Counted from the stretch's first letter, positions 9,460-17,627 are shown. The stretch: DNA of 32,000 nucleotides from Psychrobacter sp. HD31 (GCF_051097895.1 NZ_CP142525.1:1680001-1712000), one strand, 5' to 3'. The notes: generated by a model from the letters alone, not told the origin. Made by a program: numbers and translations.

Positions 9460-10458
9460 ATGTCAGGTTTTCCAAAAAATGACAATATGGAAACACAAGC
9501 CAATGAACTGGCTAAACAACTCATTGATACAATTACTCTAACAGAAGTCACTGAGCAGGTATCGGATAAACTAGCGCAACCAACACATCCTTTTCATACC
9601 CAATTTAGGGTGTTTGAAGGGCAAAGTCATGACTATGTTGGACAACGAATTTTTGGTGGGCAAGTGCTTGCCCAAGCTTTAATGGCAGCCGCCCAAACAG
9701 TAGAAGATGGAGAAGGGGTGCAAAAACCTTGTCACTCTTTCCATGGTTATTTTTTGCGTGGGGGGGATATAAACCAACCTGTGTTATATCAAGTACAAAG
9801 CTTGCGTGATGGACGTAGCCTTTCTGCCAGAAGAGTGACTGCAATACAATATCAAGAAGATGAAACGGATGAGCTAACCGAACAGGTTATCTTCTCGATG
9901 ATTGGCTCATTTGCTCCGTACGAAGATGGACTAGACTATCAACCACAAATGCCAGTTTACCCACCTCCTGAAGATTTGTTGACCGAGCAAGAGCTAAAAG
10001 ATCAGGTAGTTGGTAAAATACCTGAAGCATTAAAAGCCAGATTTATGCGTCAGCGCCATGTAGAAATTAAACCAGTAAAGCCACGCGATCCCATACACCC
10101 AGAGTCAATGACCCCAAAACAAGCCAACTGGTTGCGTATTAAGGATTTAAAAGAACTTGGTCAGCAATCGGTAGCTGCTCAGCAAGCCTTGTTGGCGTTT
10201 TCTTCTGATTTTTATTTAGTGGGTACAGGGCTTATGTCGCACGGTATCAGTTTTATGACGAAAGGTTTGCAGGCGGCAAGTATTGACCACAGTATGCATT
10301 TTCATCGCAGTTTTGATTTAGATGATTGGCTGCTTTATGACATGTGGAGCGATAACACCGCTCAGGCAAAAGGCTTAAACCACGGGCAATTTTGGCAAGA
10401 CGGTAATTTAGTTGCGACTGTACAACAAGAAGGGTTAATGCGTTTGCGGATGAAATAA
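9460..10458 (+). CDS. tesB: Acyl-CoA thioesterase II (TesB)
   Basis: Double hot-dog TesB pattern: RIFGGQVLAQALMAA, SFHGYFLRGGD, LRDGRSLSARRV and the C-terminal DHSMHFHR...WLLY...QEGLMR. AAGGGG RBS 8 nt upstream. The N-terminus is longer than in E. coli TesB as I recall it, so the start is less certain. Confidence 0.88.
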   Translation: MSGFPKNDNMETQANELAKQLIDTITLTEVTEQVSDKLAQPTHPFHTQFRVFEGQSHDYVGQRIFGGQVLAQALMAAAQTVEDGEGVQKPCHSFHGYFLRGGDINQPVLYQVQSLRDGRSLSARRVTAIQYQEDETDELTEQVIFSMIGSFAPYEDGLDYQPQMPVYPPPEDLLTEQELKDQVVGKIPEALKARFMRQRHVEIKPVKPRDPIHPESMTPKQANWLRIKDLKELGQQSVAAQQALLAFSSDFYLVGTGLMSHGISFMTKGLQAASIDHSMHFHRSFDLDDWLLYDMWSDNTAQAKGLNHGQFWQDGNLVATVQQEGLMRLRMK

Positions 10459-10470
10459 CGCGCATACAAT

Positions 10471-10509
10471 CCAATGTTGGCTATCTCAAACGATAGCCTC
10501 AAACATTGG
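10471..10509. terminator. Hairpin between convergent tesB and cydC (terminator-like, no clear U tract)
   Basis: CCAATGTT-GGCTATC-tcaaac-GATAGCC-tca-AACATTGG forms a two-part stem. A weak T tract follows. Confidence 0.4.
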
Positions 10510-10654
10510 GTAATTTTAAACATTGCTACCTTACTTAGGTGAGTAAATATGAATGTATCGAAGTATCTTTTTTAGCTTTGTTTTGCTCTATCGGCTTTTT
10601 AAGTATGGTTTTTTGGTTTTGCTTGCCTAACTTAACTCGCTGACTTTCATTAGT

Positions 10655-12421
10655 TTAGTCCAAGCTCCCAGACCCTAAATCCAATCTATCAACGTTACCT
10701 ATACCTGCCCATTCATGATGATGGCTAACCACTACCAGTAAGCCATCTTTTTGATGTTCACGCACCGCCTGCCAAACGTGTGTGCGAGTAGTAGCATCTA
10801 ACCCAGCAAAGGGTTCATCAAGCAGTAATACTTTACGTGGTTTTAATAACAACCTTGCCAATGCAATACGGCGAGCTTGCCCACCAGAAACAGCGGTTCC
10901 GTATTCACCCAAACGAGTTTGCAAACCTTGTGGCTGAGATTTAACCCAGCTGGCAAGTCCTACTTTTTCTAGCACATCCATTAGCGCATCATCGCTGGCC
11001 TTAGGGTTACCGAGTCTTAAATTATTTGCTAAAGTTTGATCAAAAATATCTAGTTGTTGCCCCAAATAGCCAAGTTGGTCTGCCCAGTTGTAACTTTGCC
11101 ATGGATGACCGTTTAGTAAAATCTCACCAGATTGAGGGTCAAGTTCATTAGACAGAGTTTGCAATAACGTAGATTTACCACAGCCAGAAGCGCCCGTTAC
11201 AATTAAAGGTGTACCTGAATGGATGCTTGCATTGACATTGGTTGCGCCTACGATGGCGGTTGGCATTTTTGCATTAACTTGTTTTAACGTTGCAATTAAA
11301 TTTTGCTCTGGCAACGCAATGGCGTTTTTAACCGAGTCGTGGGTTGTGCTGGTGGCAAGATGCTGCTCATCCAGCAGTTCGTTTAGGCGTTGTTTTGATG
11401 CAATAGAATCACCCAATGCCAAGTAGTTTTGCCCTAACGGGATAACAATCTCTTGAATACCAAACAACCCTAAAATCACTGCCAATAACATAGGTACGCT
11501 AATAGGCAGCAGGCTATTTTGTGCAATATAATCTGTAAAACTTGGTGCAATTTGCTTATAAAATAAGGCAACACTCAATAAAATGACAACCATTAACAGA
11601 TAATATGACCATTGCATCAGCAGCATAGTGCGGCTACGACTCTTTTGTGCTTGCCAATCTAGGGCATGTATGTGGTCATCATGTTTGATAAAGTCTTGTG
11701 TTTGATTGCGCCACTGTTTCCAAAGAAGCAATTGAGTAATAATTGTAAGCGGGGCTAGCAAACTTTGACGACGTTGCTCGGTTGTGTGTGCAACTTGTTT
11801 AGCATGGCTAATACCACGTTTTGCCATGATGGCAGGTATGGCAAGTGCAATAATCATGAGTGCAACAATAATCAACTTCCATACAACTGATAACGTGGGT
11901 AATGCAAATAGCATAAATCCGGTGAGTGTTAAGGTTAAGACGATAGCCATAAACCAGGGCGAAACCACCCAAAGAGGGAACCCATCAAGCGTGCTAATAT
12001 CACTCACTAATCGGTGCATTTGTTGCGAGGATTGCAGTGTTTGGTGCTGGCTATTTAGCGGTTTACCAGCAAGTGTGCGGAAAAACTTTAAGCGTAACTC
12101 TTTTAATAGGCTAAAAATAGCATTGTGTGAGACCATGAGCTCGCCATAACGCCCAGCAGTTCGTGCCATTGCCAACATACGGATAATGGCAGCTGGCATC
12201 ATATAGTTAAAGGTATGTGAGCCAAGTGCAACCAGCCCTGCTAAAGCGGTTGCGGTTAAAAACCAACCAGAAACCATTAGCAAGCCAACAACAGAAAACA
12301 CAGTAACTAACCCTAATAGCCATGCAATAACCCATAAATCAAAAGACGGTTTAATGAGGTCTCTTAATCTAAACGTTTCGTATTGCTTACTTTCTAGTCG
12401 ATTTTTGTTTTGGTTGGTCAT
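10655..12421 (-). CDS. cydC: ABC transporter CydC (cytochrome bd biogenesis / thiol reductant exporter subunit)
   Basis: N-terminal TMD with SGWFLTATALAGL...FNYMMPAAIIRMLAMARTAGRYGELMVSHNA, collinear with E. coli CydC as I recall it. The NBD has GASGCGKSTL, VSGGQARRIALA and VLLLDEPF. Confidence 0.85.
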   Translation of the reverse strand: MTNQNKNRLESKQYETFRLRDLIKPSFDLWVIAWLLGLVTVFSVVGLLMVSGWFLTATALAGLVALGSHTFNYMMPAAIIRMLAMARTAGRYGELMVSHNAIFSLLKELRLKFFRTLAGKPLNSQHQTLQSSQQMHRLVSDISTLDGFPLWVVSPWFMAIVLTLTLTGFMLFALPTLSVVWKLIIVALMIIALAIPAIMAKRGISHAKQVAHTTEQRRQSLLAPLTIITQLLLWKQWRNQTQDFIKHDDHIHALDWQAQKSRSRTMLLMQWSYYLLMVVILLSVALFYKQIAPSFTDYIAQNSLLPISVPMLLAVILGLFGIQEIVIPLGQNYLALGDSIASKQRLNELLDEQHLATSTTHDSVKNAIALPEQNLIATLKQVNAKMPTAIVGATNVNASIHSGTPLIVTGASGCGKSTLLQTLSNELDPQSGEILLNGHPWQSYNWADQLGYLGQQLDIFDQTLANNLRLGNPKASDDALMDVLEKVGLASWVKSQPQGLQTRLGEYGTAVSGGQARRIALARLLLKPRKVLLLDEPFAGLDATTRTHVWQAVREHQKDGLLVVVSHHHEWAGIGNVDRLDLGSGSLD

Positions 12422-12431
12422 TGCGTTGTTT

Positions 12432-13004
12432 TTACCTTGCTAGTTTTTGTACTAATTTGGTTTTGGCATTTACCCATTCTTCTTTTGTCATGCTATACAT
12501 AACCGTATCTCGTATCGTGCCATCACGCCTTAGGGTATGACCACGGATTGTACCGTCTTTTGTTGCCCCAAGTCTTTCTATTGCTTTTTGCGAGCGTATA
12601 TTTAAGTTATCGGTTCGCCACCCAACCGTTTGCCAGCCTAAAGTTTCAAATGCATGAGTCAAAAGCAGTAATTTGCAGGTGGTGTTGACATGGCTACGCC
12701 AATAAGACTGACCATAAAATGTATAACCAATTTCTAACCTTTTTGGTTTTGGCAAAATATCATGATAACTGGTAGAGCCAATCAGCTTATTTGTGGTTTT
12801 ATCAATAACTGCAAAAGCCAATCTGTCGTTGGTATTTAGTGCAGTGTTGATATAGCTTAGGCTATCCTCTGGTTTTGGAGCAGAGGTTACAATAAGCTCC
12901 CAGAGGCTACCATCAGTAACCAGCTCAGCTAAAGCATCGGCATGGGCTGTGGTTAATGGTTCTAATCTAATATGAGTATTTTGTAAGACGACGGGCGCGA
13001 TCAT
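12432..13004 (-). CDS. GNAT N-acetyltransferase (RimJ/RimL-like, Acetyltransf_3 type) embedded between cydD and cydC
   Basis: 190 aa. IRLEPLTTAHADAL...LEIGYTFYGQSYWRSHVNTTCKLLLLTHAFETLGWQTVGWRTDNLNIRSQKAIERLGATKDGTIRGH...RDTVMYSMTKEEW is the classic COG1670-type GNAT pattern. Its ATG overlaps the cydD stop (ATGA, 13001-13004). Its stop lies 10 nt before the cydC ATG. Confidence 0.8.
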   Translation of the reverse strand: MIAPVVLQNTHIRLEPLTTAHADALAELVTDGSLWELIVTSAPKPEDSLSYINTALNTNDRLAFAVIDKTTNKLIGSTSYHDILPKPKRLEIGYTFYGQSYWRSHVNTTCKLLLLTHAFETLGWQTVGWRTDNLNIRSQKAIERLGATKDGTIRGHTLRRDGTIRDTVMYSMTKEEWVNAKTKLVQKLAR

Positions 13005-14869
13005 GATAATGTCTCCTTTTTGACATTATCGTGCGTCTTTTGGTTATCTTCTATTTGGATAACTCTGTCTAACCAATTAAGTTGTTCGACTGCATGGGTA
13101 ATCCAAATAACGGTTTTGCCTTCACTAACTTTGTTAAGCAAGGCATGGATACGTTCGGCAGTATCTGGGTCTAGGTGTTCGGTTGGTTCATCTAATAGCC
13201 ATAACTGACTATCTCTTAATAGCAACTGCGCTAGCCCCAAACGCTGTTGCTGACCACCAGATAATCCACGCCCACGCTCGCCAAGTTGGGTGTTAATGCC
13301 ATTGGGTAGGCGTTCAATTAACTCATATAAATCAACGGCTTTAAGTACTTCAATCAGCTCATCATCGCTTGCAGCAGGGTTAGCAAGGCGAAGGTTGTCA
13401 GCAATGCTCATGGGTAATAGGGCAACTTGTTGCGCCAAGTAACCAATATGCTGCCTAAAGTTTTGTATGTCTATTTGTTGATGGTCAACATCGTTAATAG
13501 TAATGAGACCTTCGTAATTTGCAAAACCCATTAAGGCTTGAATAAGGCTAGATTTTCCGCTGCCACTTTCACCAACCAAGGCAATGCGTTCACCTGATTT
13601 GATAGCAAAACTAATGGGTGCTAAACGTGTGCGGATAATGGGTTTAGGGTTTGTTTTTACGTTAGTTTTTTTGTTTTTTCGTTTGATTTTTTTGTTTGAT
13701 TTTTTTGCGTCTTCATTTGCTAAGTTTTCAGGCTCAGGTAAATTTGTCTCTGGCAAAACAGTGCTGTAAATAGCTAAGTCAGTTAGCGCAATAGTTGGTG
13801 CTAGTTGGTAGTCGATAGATTGGTTTTGTGTTTGGTTATGTTGCTGTGTTTGTGCCAGCTCATCTGCTTTTTTTAGCAAGGGCAATAAACTTTGTACAGC
13901 GCCTTCAGCCTGCGATTGGGCATGGTAATCGGCACCAAGTTGTCGTAATGGCAAATAAAACTCGGGGGTTAATAGTAATATAAATAATGCCCCAAAATAT
14001 TGTACAGGCACATGGCCTTTATCCCAAGGTAAAATGCCCATTAAACCAAAGCCTAAATAAACAGCGACTAAAGCAATGCAGAGTGCTGCTAAAAATTCAA
14101 GGACAGCACCATTTAAAAAGGCAATTTTTAGTACATCCATTGTACGGCGGCGGTACTGCTCACTTGCATGGTCTAGGTCGTCTTCGGCAATGTGAGTGGC
14201 TTGCATCCTTTTTAGTGTTGTCATGCCACGCACCCAATCTAAAAAACGACCACTTAGCTGTGAAAGTGCTAAAAATTGTTCGGCGCTTTTTCTAGCAGTC
14301 ATGTTGCCGATTAAAATCATAAAGATAGGAACAAAAGGTGCGGTGACCAACAAAATGCCCGCGGCAAGTAAGCTTTGTGAGGCAACCGCTAACAACAATA
14401 TAATCGGGGTACTGGCTGCGACTTTTTTTTGTACGCTAAAGCGGCTAATAAAGCCATCAAGTGCATCAGTTTGTTCAATCACTTGGCTAGAAATACTACC
14501 ATCACTACCAAATTGGCTACGTGCTGCGCCTAAGGTTGCTAACGCTGTCATTAAACGTTTGCGCAGATCGGCTCGTACTGACAAACTTGCTTTACTACTA
14601 ATCAGCTCTCGCACATATTGCAATAATGGGCGGAGGATAAAACAGGCAAGTAGCCAGCCAATCCATTGCCACAGTACATTAATATCTAATGGTTGCCCTG
14701 TAAACTGTTGGTTTAACCATTGACTAAAGATGTGCGCCAAGATCCAAGCCTGAAAAACAAAGACAAGCGTAGAAATCACCATTAATATCCACGCAATGCG
14801 TAGTTTAGGCTGTACTGGCCTGATTAGGCTATTTAAAAATTGTTTTTCGTTGTTAGAAAGCTTTGCCAT
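13001..14869 (-). CDS. cydD: ABC transporter CydD (cytochrome bd biogenesis / thiol reductant exporter subunit), with a Lys-rich NBD insertion
   Basis: The TMD blocks FLALSQLSGRFLDWVRGMTTLK, RRRTMDVLKIAFLNGAVLEFLAALCIALVAVYLGF and PEFYLPLRQLGADYHAQSQAEGA are collinear with E. coli CydD as I recall it. The NBD has GESGSGKSSL, LSGGQQQRLGLA and LWLLDEPT. Confidence 0.85.
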   Translation of the reverse strand: MAKLSNNEKQFLNSLIRPVQPKLRIAWILMVISTLVFVFQAWILAHIFSQWLNQQFTGQPLDINVLWQWIGWLLACFILRPLLQYVRELISSKASLSVRADLRKRLMTALATLGAARSQFGSDGSISSQVIEQTDALDGFISRFSVQKKVAASTPIILLLAVASQSLLAAGILLVTAPFVPIFMILIGNMTARKSAEQFLALSQLSGRFLDWVRGMTTLKRMQATHIAEDDLDHASEQYRRRTMDVLKIAFLNGAVLEFLAALCIALVAVYLGFGLMGILPWDKGHVPVQYFGALFILLLTPEFYLPLRQLGADYHAQSQAEGAVQSLLPLLKKADELAQTQQHNQTQNQSIDYQLAPTIALTDLAIYSTVLPETNLPEPENLANEDAKKSNKKIKRKNKKTNVKTNPKPIIRTRLAPISFAIKSGERIALVGESGSGKSSLIQALMGFANYEGLITINDVDHQQIDIQNFRQHIGYLAQQVALLPMSIADNLRLANPAASDDELIEVLKAVDLYELIERLPNGINTQLGERGRGLSGGQQQRLGLAQLLLRDSQLWLLDEPTEHLDPDTAERIHALLNKVSEGKTVIWITHAVEQLNWLDRVIQIEDNQKTHDNVKKETLS

Positions 14870-14940
14870 AAAGTGGTGATGATTACAAGACTGAAATTAA
14901 AATGAACTTAATAAATAAATTTATTACTAAAGTCTGTCAA

Positions 14941-14960
14941 TTTTAGCATGATTGCTAAAA
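14941..14960. promoter_or_regulatory. Inverted repeat TTTTAGCA-tgat-TGCTAAAA in the cydD / permease divergent region
   Basis: Perfect 8-bp arms with a 4-bp spacer. It lies 72-91 bp upstream of the cydD ATG at 14869. Confidence 0.3.
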
Positions 14961-15019
14961 ACGCGTCATACTAAATCATTGATAAAGTGATTTTAGTTAA
15001 ACAACCACATAAATTTTAC

Positions 15020-15050
15020 AACATTATAGTTAATTTTTTTATATAATGTT
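15020..15050. promoter_or_regulatory. Inverted repeat AACATTATA-N13-TATAATGTT overlapping a TATAAT upstream of the permease operon
   Basis: Perfect 9-bp arms (15020-15028 and 15042-15050). The right arm contains TATAAT (15042-15047), about 30 nt before the ATG at 15078. Confidence 0.3.
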
Positions 15051-15077
15051 AAAAAATATAATTTGAAGGTGTTTATC

Positions 15078-16049
15078 ATGTGGGGTTTATTAGCAAAAAT
15101 TCAAAAAAACTTAACAACAGCAATCCCTATACTTATGATTTTGGGGGTTATTACAGGGGCAATGGTAGATGCTTCGGTTTTAAAAAACTTAATTGTTCCG
15201 TTAACTTTGTTGATGGTATACCCCATGATGGTAAACCTAAAGTTTCAGGAGCTATATAAAATAAACGGCTTTAAACTACAGTTAAGTGCGCTCGGCATTA
15301 ACTTTGTTTTAATACCAATGATAGCGGTTGTGTTAAATTGGCTATTTTTAAAGGATATGCCTTATGCTGCGCTTGGTTTGTTACTTGCGTCATTAGTCCC
15401 GACAAGTGGCATGACCATTTCTTGGACGGGTTTTGCAAAAGGTAATTTATCGGCAGCAATTAAAATGACAGTGATTGGGCTGATTGTTGGTTCATTATTA
15501 ACACCAATTTATGCCAATGTGATTTTGGGGCAAAGTATCAGTATCCCGATGGGTAAAGTTTTTAAATCGATTGTTTTTGTGGTGTTTGTGCCAATGTTGC
15601 TTGGTTTTATAACCAAAAAATGGCTTGTAAGCCGCCATGGACTTGAATACTATCAAAAAAATCTGGCAAAAAAGTTTCCGCCAATCTCAACTTTAGGGGT
15701 ATTGGGTATTGTTTTTGTCGCAATGGCACTAAATGCAAAATCTATTTTGGCAGATCCCACGTCATTGATTCAATATTTGATACCTTTAATCTTGTTGTAT
15801 TTAATCAACTTTGCTATTAGTACGTTGCTTGGTAAGTTGTTTTTTGACCGTGGTGATGCGATTGCCTTGGTTTATGGCACAGTGATGAGAAATTTGTCTA
15901 TTGCACTTGCAATTGCAATGACAGCATTTGGAGAAGAAGGTGCCCAAATAGCGATTATCATTGCTTTGGCGTATATCATCCAAGTACAGGCAGCCGCTTG
16001 GTATGTGAAATATACCGATAACGTGTTTGGGGTATATAAACCGCATTAA
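15078..16049 (+). CDS. ACR3/BASS-superfamily (bile acid:Na+ symporter / arsenical-resistance-3-like) permease, cysteine-free; substrate unknown
   Basis: Polytopic, about 10 TM. The blocks PLTLLMVYPMMVNLKFQEL and LASLVPTSGMTISWTGFAKGNLSAA align by eye with the ACR3 blocks (...MYPP..KV... / ...LARCIAMV..WN.LAKGD). I prefer the ATG at 15078 (GAAGG 8 nt upstream) over the track's TTG at 15063. Confidence 0.72.
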   Translation: MWGLLAKIQKNLTTAIPILMILGVITGAMVDASVLKNLIVPLTLLMVYPMMVNLKFQELYKINGFKLQLSALGINFVLIPMIAVVLNWLFLKDMPYAALGLLLASLVPTSGMTISWTGFAKGNLSAAIKMTVIGLIVGSLLTPIYANVILGQSISIPMGKVFKSIVFVVFVPMLLGFITKKWLVSRHGLEYYQKNLAKKFPPISTLGVLGIVFVAMALNAKSILADPTSLIQYLIPLILLYLINFAISTLLGKLFFDRGDAIALVYGTVMRNLSIALAIAMTAFGEEGAQIAIIIALAYIIQVQAAAWYVKYTDNVFGVYKPH

Positions 16050-16069
16050 TGACAAAAAAAGGATGGTAT

Positions 16070-16378
16070 ATGATTATTGTACTGACATCACAAAATAAAA
16101 AGCACATTACCGCCCATGCGGGTAAATGCCGAAAGTTTTGGCGATATGAGATAACAAACAATCAGGTTGTTACTCAGCAGTTGATTGAAGTTGCAAAAGA
16201 AGACAGCTTTAGTCAATCTGGTGCGGTATTAGAACAGCTCATGCCAATGGATTTATTTGTATCATCTGGTATGGGTGATGGGTTAAAAAATAGAATGCAG
16301 GCGTTTGACGTAGCGGTACAGCTGACTGAAATGGTAGAAGTTGATGTGTTTATACAAAACTTTTGTCAGCAAGAATAA
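16070..16378 (+). CDS. NifX/NifB-like (dinitrogenase Fe-Mo cofactor biosynthesis domain, PF02579-type) small protein
   Basis: MIIVLTSQNKKHITAHAGKCRKFWRYEI...DLFVSSGMGDGLKNRMQAFDVAV follows the family pattern (MKIAV.S.....v..HFG.a..F.iyev ... vi.g.iG.ga...L...gI.V). I prefer the ATG at 16070 (AAGGA 8 nt upstream) over the track start at 16049. Confidence 0.62.
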   Translation: MIIVLTSQNKKHITAHAGKCRKFWRYEITNNQVVTQQLIEVAKEDSFSQSGAVLEQLMPMDLFVSSGMGDGLKNRMQAFDVAVQLTEMVEVDVFIQNFCQQE

Positions 16379-16409
16379 TACAGTTTTTAAACGATTAAGG
16401 AAATAAAAA

Positions 16410-16751
16410 ATGGGGTTGGTATCTGTCATAAAAAATGGTATTTCAGCAATGCTAGCACGTGAACCCTTGCCAGAAAATGCGGTTTTGCTAGATGTACGCA
16501 ATCATAAAGAGTTTGCAAAAGGTATTGTTGAAAATTCTATATGTATCCCTGTTGGTGAATTACAGGCTAAGCAAACGGAGCTGGTGCAGCAATGTAAGTT
16601 AGATACGCCGATTGTTGTTTATTGTGCTTCGGGTGGGCGTGCAGTTAGAGCAAAAAAGTTATTAATTAAGATGGGATACAAACAGGTGGTCAATGGTGGG
16701 GGTATTTATCATGTTGCAAAAAAGCTGAGCAAACCAATTGTGAGTTGCTAA
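16410..16751 (+). CDS. Single-domain rhodanese (sulfurtransferase, GlpE/PspE-like)
   Basis: LLDVRNHKEFAKGIVENSICIP and the active-site loop VVYCASGGRAVRA (a 6-residue C-X4-R loop, the sulfurtransferase type). AAGGAA RBS 8 nt upstream. Confidence 0.85.
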   Translation: MGLVSVIKNGISAMLAREPLPENAVLLDVRNHKEFAKGIVENSICIPVGELQAKQTELVQQCKLDTPIVVYCASGGRAVRAKKLLIKMGYKQVVNGGGIYHVAKKLSKPIVSC

Positions 16752-16801
16752 GCAAACATGACGCGGGTTAAACAATTAATGTTGTAAAAATAATGATATA
16801 A

Positions 16802-16827
16802 AAACGCCAAACGATGGTTTGGCGTTT
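16802..16827. terminator. Bidirectional terminator between the rhodanese gene (+) and the FKBP gene (-)
   Basis: AAACGCCAAAC (16802-16812), loop GATG, GTTTGGCGTTT (16817-16827). This is a perfect 11-bp stem whose A/T-rich arm ends can act as U tracts on either strand. Confidence 0.7.
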
Positions 16828-16839
16828 AGATTTGTGTGC

Positions 16840-17553
16840 TTACTGTGCTTTAAAGTCAATTAATTCTACAGTAAAAATAAGGGTGCTATTTGGCTGGATA
16901 CCTGGTGCACCGTTTTCGCCATATGCTAAGTCAGATGGAATATAAAACTCATACTTTGAGCCTTTTGTCATTAACTGAACCCCTTCTGTCCAACCTGGGA
17001 TAACTTGATTAAGCGGGAACTCAACCGGCTTGCCACGTTTGTATGAGCTATCAAACACAGTGCCATCTAGCAATTTGCCTTCATAATCTACCTTCACAAT
17101 ATCTGTTTTGCTAGGTTTACCACCTGAGCCTTCAGTCACCACTTTATATTGTAAACCAGAAGCCGTTGTTTTTATGCCGTCTTTACTTTTGTTTTCTGCT
17201 AAAAATTTTGCACCCGCTTCTTTATTGTCGCTTGCCATGGTTTGCAGTTCTTCAACCATTTGTTTTTGCTTGTCGGCTTCCCATTTGGTTAATACTTCTT
17301 GCATTTGCTCTTTGGTTAAAGCAGATTCTGTGCCTTCATAGCCATCTTTAAAGCCAACTTCAAAGGTTTTTAAATCTAAATCCGTAATGGTTTCTTTATT
17401 GCCTTCAGCCATCATATAGCCAATGCTGTAGCTAACCTTTTCATTGTCTGCGCTGCTTTCTGTAATCTTTTTGCCTGTTATTGCTTCACAACCTGATACA
17501 GCAAAAACGCTTGTAGCCAATGTCATTGCTAAAATTGATTTTTTTAAAATCAT
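16840..17553 (-). CDS. FKBP-type peptidyl-prolyl cis-trans isomerase lipoprotein (FkpA/Mip-like)
   Basis: Lipoprotein signal MILKKSILAMTLATSVFAVSG|C. It has an N-terminal dimerisation-helix region and a C-terminal FKBP domain (VKVDYEGKLLDGTVFDSSYKRGKPVEFPLNQVIPGWTEGVQLM..GSKYEFYIPSDLAYG...IQPNSTLIFTVELIDF). Confidence 0.88.
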   Translation of the reverse strand: MILKKSILAMTLATSVFAVSGCEAITGKKITESSADNEKVSYSIGYMMAEGNKETITDLDLKTFEVGFKDGYEGTESALTKEQMQEVLTKWEADKQKQMVEELQTMASDNKEAGAKFLAENKSKDGIKTTASGLQYKVVTEGSGGKPSKTDIVKVDYEGKLLDGTVFDSSYKRGKPVEFPLNQVIPGWTEGVQLMTKGSKYEFYIPSDLAYGENGAPGIQPNSTLIFTVELIDFKAQ

Positions 17554-17627
17554 AGTCTTCTCTCTTTATAAAAAATAGGTGGTTAATATAAGTTATAGTC
17601 AATATGTCATATTAATATTTTAAAATT

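Noticed and set aside
15063-15077. Upstream alternative starts used by the ORF track: TTG 15063 (permease), 16049 (NifX-like), TTG 18006 (TM-helix protein), GTG 20642 (nqrA), 23982 (nqrD) and TTG 58 (tex).
   Set aside because: In each case an in-frame ATG slightly downstream has a properly spaced SD and gives the conserved family N-terminus (for example [14 protein letters not shown] and MADSKKILT). For tex the frame is open to base 1 and the conserved N-terminal region precedes position 58.
15078-16049. Calling the permease an arsenite efflux pump (ACR3/ArsB) and the locus an ars operon.
   Set aside because: The protein contains no cysteine. No arsR, arsC, arsA or arsD is nearby. The adjacent rhodanese has a sulfurtransferase-type C-X4-R loop rather than a Cdc25/Acr2-type reductase loop.
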